Below, one piece after another: positions 63,269 through 64,000 of a stretch of 64,000 nt of DNA (the first letter of the stretch is position 1; the number at the start of each line of letters is the position of its first letter). The notes beneath the pieces were generated by a model. That model had not been told where the DNA came from and searched no databases. It saw nothing but the letters and a program-made list of their open reading frames with translations. Made by a program: the position numbers and the translations under genes. Origin of the DNA: Cyanidioschyzon merolae (lineage: Eukaryota); the NCBI GenBank assembly GCA_000091205.1, contig AP006497.2. One strand, 5' to 3'.

Positions 63269-63641
63269 CCATGGAGCGCCCATACCTACCAGCTGGCTTG
63301 GAAGACGCCAAGTCCAACCAATGCTCAGGTTGCGGGCAGCGCCTTCCGTGCCTGTGCCCAGCACGTCCAATACCACCTCAACCTGTAGCTGCACACGAAA
63401 GTCTGCCAAAGCCCCTGGACGACAACTGCAGGTTCCAGGCGTTTCACGGGTTCAATGTAGCGACGTTCACGCCTGGAGATCGTATGTCCGACACTTGCTG
63501 AACGTGTGTCTCAACTGGAGTTAGCCATAGCTCCGAACCCCCCAGCGCTCGCTGCTGGACGCCGTGGGTTCCGGCGCTATCGACGCCGCCTCCGTCGCCC
63601 TTCGAGGCCTGCGACTGGCCTCGTTGACGGTTTCACATGCC

Positions 63642-64000
63642 ATGGATGAGGAGCAACAAGGTCAATCGAGCGCTGTTGTCGATGAACACCCCGAGCTACA
63701 ATATTACACTGTGCTAAACCTTTCGCCTGACGCTAGTCGTGAAGATGTGCGTGCTGCATATCTGCGTCTGAGTCAGCTGTACCATCCGGATCGCCAACCG
63801 GACCCGGTGCTCAAACAGCGGGCAACAGAGCTCTTCACTCGCATCAGGGAGGCCTACGAAGTGTTATCGCATCCTCTGAAACGCCAGGTCTATGATGCGT
63901 ACGGCACGGAGGGCCTTCGCTTCCTCGAGTCCACACAAGTTACCACTTACGCCGCAGTACGTGCGTACTTTGGTGAGCGAGGCAGCCAGCCCCAGCGGCG
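63642..64000 (+). CDS. DnaJ/Hsp40 J-domain protein, N-terminal part. The 3' end lies outside the window.
   Basis: Own translation from the ATG at 63642: MDEEQQGQSSAVVDEHPELQYYTVLNLSPDASREDVRAAYLRLSQLYHPDRQ…LFTRIREAYEVLSHPLKRQVYDAYG. This is a canonical J domain with the HPD tripeptide. It is absent from the ORF track because no stop occurs before the window end. The frame is also open upstream, so the true start may be earlier. Confidence 0.7.
   Translation, partial: MDEEQQGQSSAVVDEHPELQYYTVLNLSPDASREDVRAAYLRLSQLYHPDRQPDPVLKQRATELFTRIREAYEVLSHPLKRQVYDAYGTEGLRFLESTQVTTYAAVRAYFGERGSQPQR

Overview
This window looks like compact, GC-rich (roughly 55–60 %) eukaryotic nuclear DNA, not a prokaryotic or viral locus. 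It holds about 22 protein-coding genes on both strands, roughly one per 3 kb. Nearly all are single uninterrupted ORFs that align end to end with complete eukaryotic protein families, so the region is intron-poor.

The recognisable genes are:
- homocysteine S-methyltransferase (C-terminal fragment cut by the window edge)
- ribosomal protein L7/uL30
- Tim23
- Clp1
- DNA primase small subunit
- HCF136/Ycf48 with a plastid and thylakoid-lumen presequence
- a CorA/Mrs2-like Mg2+ channel with a GMS instead of GMN filter
- a 2-methylisocitrate-lyase/PEP-mutase family enzyme
- a glutathione S-transferase
- a CX5R phosphatase
- a bacterial-type QueA
- a bifunctional aminodeoxychorismate synthase
- a SUC/SLC45-type sucrose symporter
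- the cohesin subunit SA/Scc3
- an LCL3-like SNase-fold nuclease
- Trm11
- an RBM34/Nop12-like protein with two RRMs
- a J-domain protein truncated at the 3' edge
- several lineage-specific hypothetical proteins

The nuclear HCF136 gene with a twin-arginine lumen signal points to a photosynthetic host. The gene content and architecture are compatible with an intron-poor alga, for example a cyanidiophyte-like red alga, but this is inference only.

Intergenic DNA is rich in tandem minisatellites with periods of 100, 82, 104 and about 120 bp, and in microsatellites. The most unusual structures are a dispersed roughly 300-bp element present twice and bounded by direct repeats, and an in-frame TGA that splits an otherwise continuous 1078-codon reading frame. 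I found no rRNA or convincing tRNA genes and no CRISPR or defence-island-like organisation.
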